Shown: in pieces, positions 59,023 through 60,388 of the stretch | How positions within the stretch are numbered: position 1 is the stretch's first letter | How the letters are laid out: the number at the start of each line of letters is the position of its first letter | Source: a virus | Direction: 5' to 3' (one strand) | Length of the DNA stretch: 60,388 nucleotides | Virus record (IMG/VR): IMGVR_UViG_3300045988_119780 | Coordinates: 1-60,388 of that record | Made by a program: the position numbers and the translations under genes | The notes under the pieces: model-generated | The model's input: the letters and a program-made list of their open reading frames with translations, nothing else | Database searches by the model: none | Told to the model about the DNA's origin: nothing

Positions 59023-60303
59023 CTAATTTGTTTGTTTCTTTGTTTTCTTGCCTTTGGCTTTCTTAGCATCTGTTGTATCATGCTGACTCTGATACGACGG
59101 ATTAGGCACGCCGCTGACGTACATCGTTCCCAGCATTTGAATGTTCATTGCGGCTATGCGGTCGTCATTAGAGCGGTAGCCGCATCTGTTACAGATATAC
59201 ATGTGCAGCTCATGGTCACGATTTTCTTTCAAAATCTGCCCACACTTAGGACAGCGCTGACTGGTATAGTGAGCGTCTACCTCGACAACCTCGCTGCCAT
59301 TCTGATGTGCCTTGTACTTGAGCTTTTGTTCCAGGTCATAGAAAGACCAGGAATGGTGCTCATATCTATTTTCCTTCTTACGGCTATAGACCGTATCAAA
59401 AGTTACGTCAGTAAGATCCTCAAGCACAAAGAGAGTATCAGCTCCGTAGTGGTTGACGAGTGTCTTAGACAAGCAGTGATTGTAGTCGCTCATCCAGCGG
59501 TTCTCTCGTTGACCAATCTTGCGAATGCGTCTCTTTGAGTTTCTGGTATTTGTCATCTGCAGATGACGTCTCAGCTCTTTATAGTGCTGACGCTTTCTGG
59601 CAATCGTCTTCCCGTTGTGGAAGAAAGTTTTGCCTTTTTCGTCATAGCAGGTAACGATCTGGCGAAGTCCTCTGTCAACCCCAACTACATGACGAGTCTG
59701 CTCAATCTCGTAATCTGGAAAAGACTTGGTTGCGCTGATATGCATAAACCAGTGCTTGCCAGATCTAAGGATTTTGGCAGTGCCAAAAGTCCATTCGTCA
59801 TCCAGATATTTTTCAAAGCCTGGCATGGCAATTTCGCATTCAATCCGCCCGTTAAGGGTATTGACAGACACGATCTTGCCATTCTGCTTGAAGGAATAAT
59901 CCCGATCTCTTACTTCATCCAATTGCGGACGCTTGAAAAAAATCGGCTCCCAAAGCCAGTCAAGATCACGTTGGACAGTGTAGTAGCCCTTGTCTTTCGG
60001 TGCATTGATGTCGTGAAATTTATAAGGCTTCTGACCAAGCTGCGTTTTAACAGACTTGTATCTGGCGATAACGGTCTTCAAGACAGACTGAGCCATTTGT
60101 GATCTGAGGTTGAATTTTTGTCGTAAGTCAGAGTAGACAGCTTTGTTCAGCTTTGCTTGGCCGAGTTCAAAGTCATGCTCAAAAATGTATTCAGATGCAA
60201 AATTACAACCTTGTCTATAAGCTTCCATGCTGTCTATCAGTGATTTAGCATTTTCGGAACTGGCAACTTTGATGTGAGCTTTAATAGTCAAAGAAATATC
60301 CAT
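59023..60303 (-). CDS. tnpB: TnpB RNA-guided endonuclease (IS200/IS605 family)
   Basis: RuvC triad contexts VGVDRG, FVLEDL and SNDDRIAAMNI. Zinc finger CPKCG...CNRCG. Start at MDISLTIK with a GAAGGGAGG SD. Confidence 0.9.
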   Translation of the reverse strand: MDISLTIKAHIKVASSENAKSLIDSMEAYRQGCNFASEYIFEHDFELGQAKLNKAVYSDLRQKFNLRSQMAQSVLKTVIARYKSVKTQLGQKPYKFHDINAPKDKGYYTVQRDLDWLWEPIFFKRPQLDEVRDRDYSFKQNGKIVSVNTLNGRIECEIAMPGFEKYLDDEWTFGTAKILRSGKHWFMHISATKSFPDYEIEQTRHVVGVDRGLRQIVTCYDEKGKTFFHNGKTIARKRQHYKELRRHLQMTNTRNSKRRIRKIGQRENRWMSDYNHCLSKTLVNHYGADTLFVLEDLTDVTFDTVYSRKKENRYEHHSWSFYDLEQKLKYKAHQNGSEVVEVDAHYTSQRCPKCGQILKENRDHELHMYICNRCGYRSNDDRIAAMNIQMLGTMYVSGVPNPSYQSQHDTTDAKKAKGKKTKKQTN

Positions 60304-60327
60304 GATTTGCCTCCCTTCACTAAAAAT

Positions 60328-60336
60328 AGCATACCA
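60328..60336 (-). promoter_or_regulatory. Extended -10 TGGTATGCT upstream of tnpB
   Basis: Minus strand TTTTTGTGGTATGCTATTTTTAGTGAAGGGAGG. Confidence 0.4.
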
Positions 60337-60388
60337 CAAAAACTAGTGATATAGGAGGCTAGACTACCGAATATCTAACAATCAGAAA

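Larger units (their letters stand above)
58735..60388 (-). mobile_element. tnpB-only IS200/IS605-type element; the left end continues across the circular junction to about position 110
   Basis: tnpB plus a structured 3' RNA and a 5' hairpin (64-104). No tnpA anywhere in the window. Exact ends not determinable from a single copy. Confidence 0.6.

Noticed and set aside
58972-60102. Plus-strand ORFs 58972..59538 and 59563..60102 opposite tnpB
   Set aside because: They are antisense to a well-supported tnpB ORF and carry no motifs or SDs.
59023-60388. Search for a tnpA (HUH/Y1 transposase) partner of tnpB
   Set aside because: None was found on either side across the circular junction. The flanks are non-coding or the ArpU-like gene, so the element is annotated as tnpB-only.

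Overview
The window is a closed circle: bases 1-55 are repeated exactly at 60334-60388, so the unique length is about 60.33 kb. It reads as a temperate siphovirus-type phage of a Lactobacillaceae-like host, in its excised or episomal (attP) form. Almost everything is transcribed on the minus strand. In minus-strand order the modules are: cro-like switch and antirepressor (12.8-11.8 kb); replication and recombination module (11.3-5.2 kb: Sak4-like ATPase, SF2 helicase, DUF669/SSB-like protein, primase-helicase, VRR-NUC); small early ORFs with a second antirepressor, a RusA-like protein and an ArpU-like regulator (5.2-0.27 kb); then, across the junction, a tnpB-only IS200/IS605 element with its structured 3' RNA (60.3-58.7 kb); an ORF-free stretch carrying three tRNA T-arm-like elements (58.7-58.3 kb); a few early/late-regulator genes (58.3-56.5 kb); a GC-rich, ORF-poor accessory island (56.5-49.7 kb); a gtfA-gtfB protein O-glycosyltransferase pair (49.7-46.8 kb); and the packaging, head, tail and lysis modules (46.7-16.8 kb). 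The plus strand carries only the lysogeny cassette (cI-like repressor, ImmA-like protease, tyrosine integrase at 12.9-14.9 kb) and three promoter-to-terminator non-coding units inside the island. Recoding and RNA features readable directly from the sequence are: a 226-nt ORF-less group I intron that splits terL exactly inside its Walker A motif; a canonical -1 frameshift in the tail chaperone (CCCAAAA); and a second -1 frameshift signal at the last codons of the major capsid gene (GGGAAAA plus hairpin) that would add a Ser/Thr-rich, HeH-like extension. Candidate novel biology, all unproven: the RNA- and iteron-rich island; the tRNA-like minihelix cluster next to the TnpB RNA; phage-borne gtfAB with Ser/Thr-rich virion proteins as possible substrates; two diverged 230-bp GTGAC-palindrome elements bracketing the late region; and a two-gene membrane/unknown cargo operon beside attP. 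I recognise no known defence system, CRISPR array, rRNA or full-length tRNA. Homology calls rest on motif recognition from memory, not on searches.
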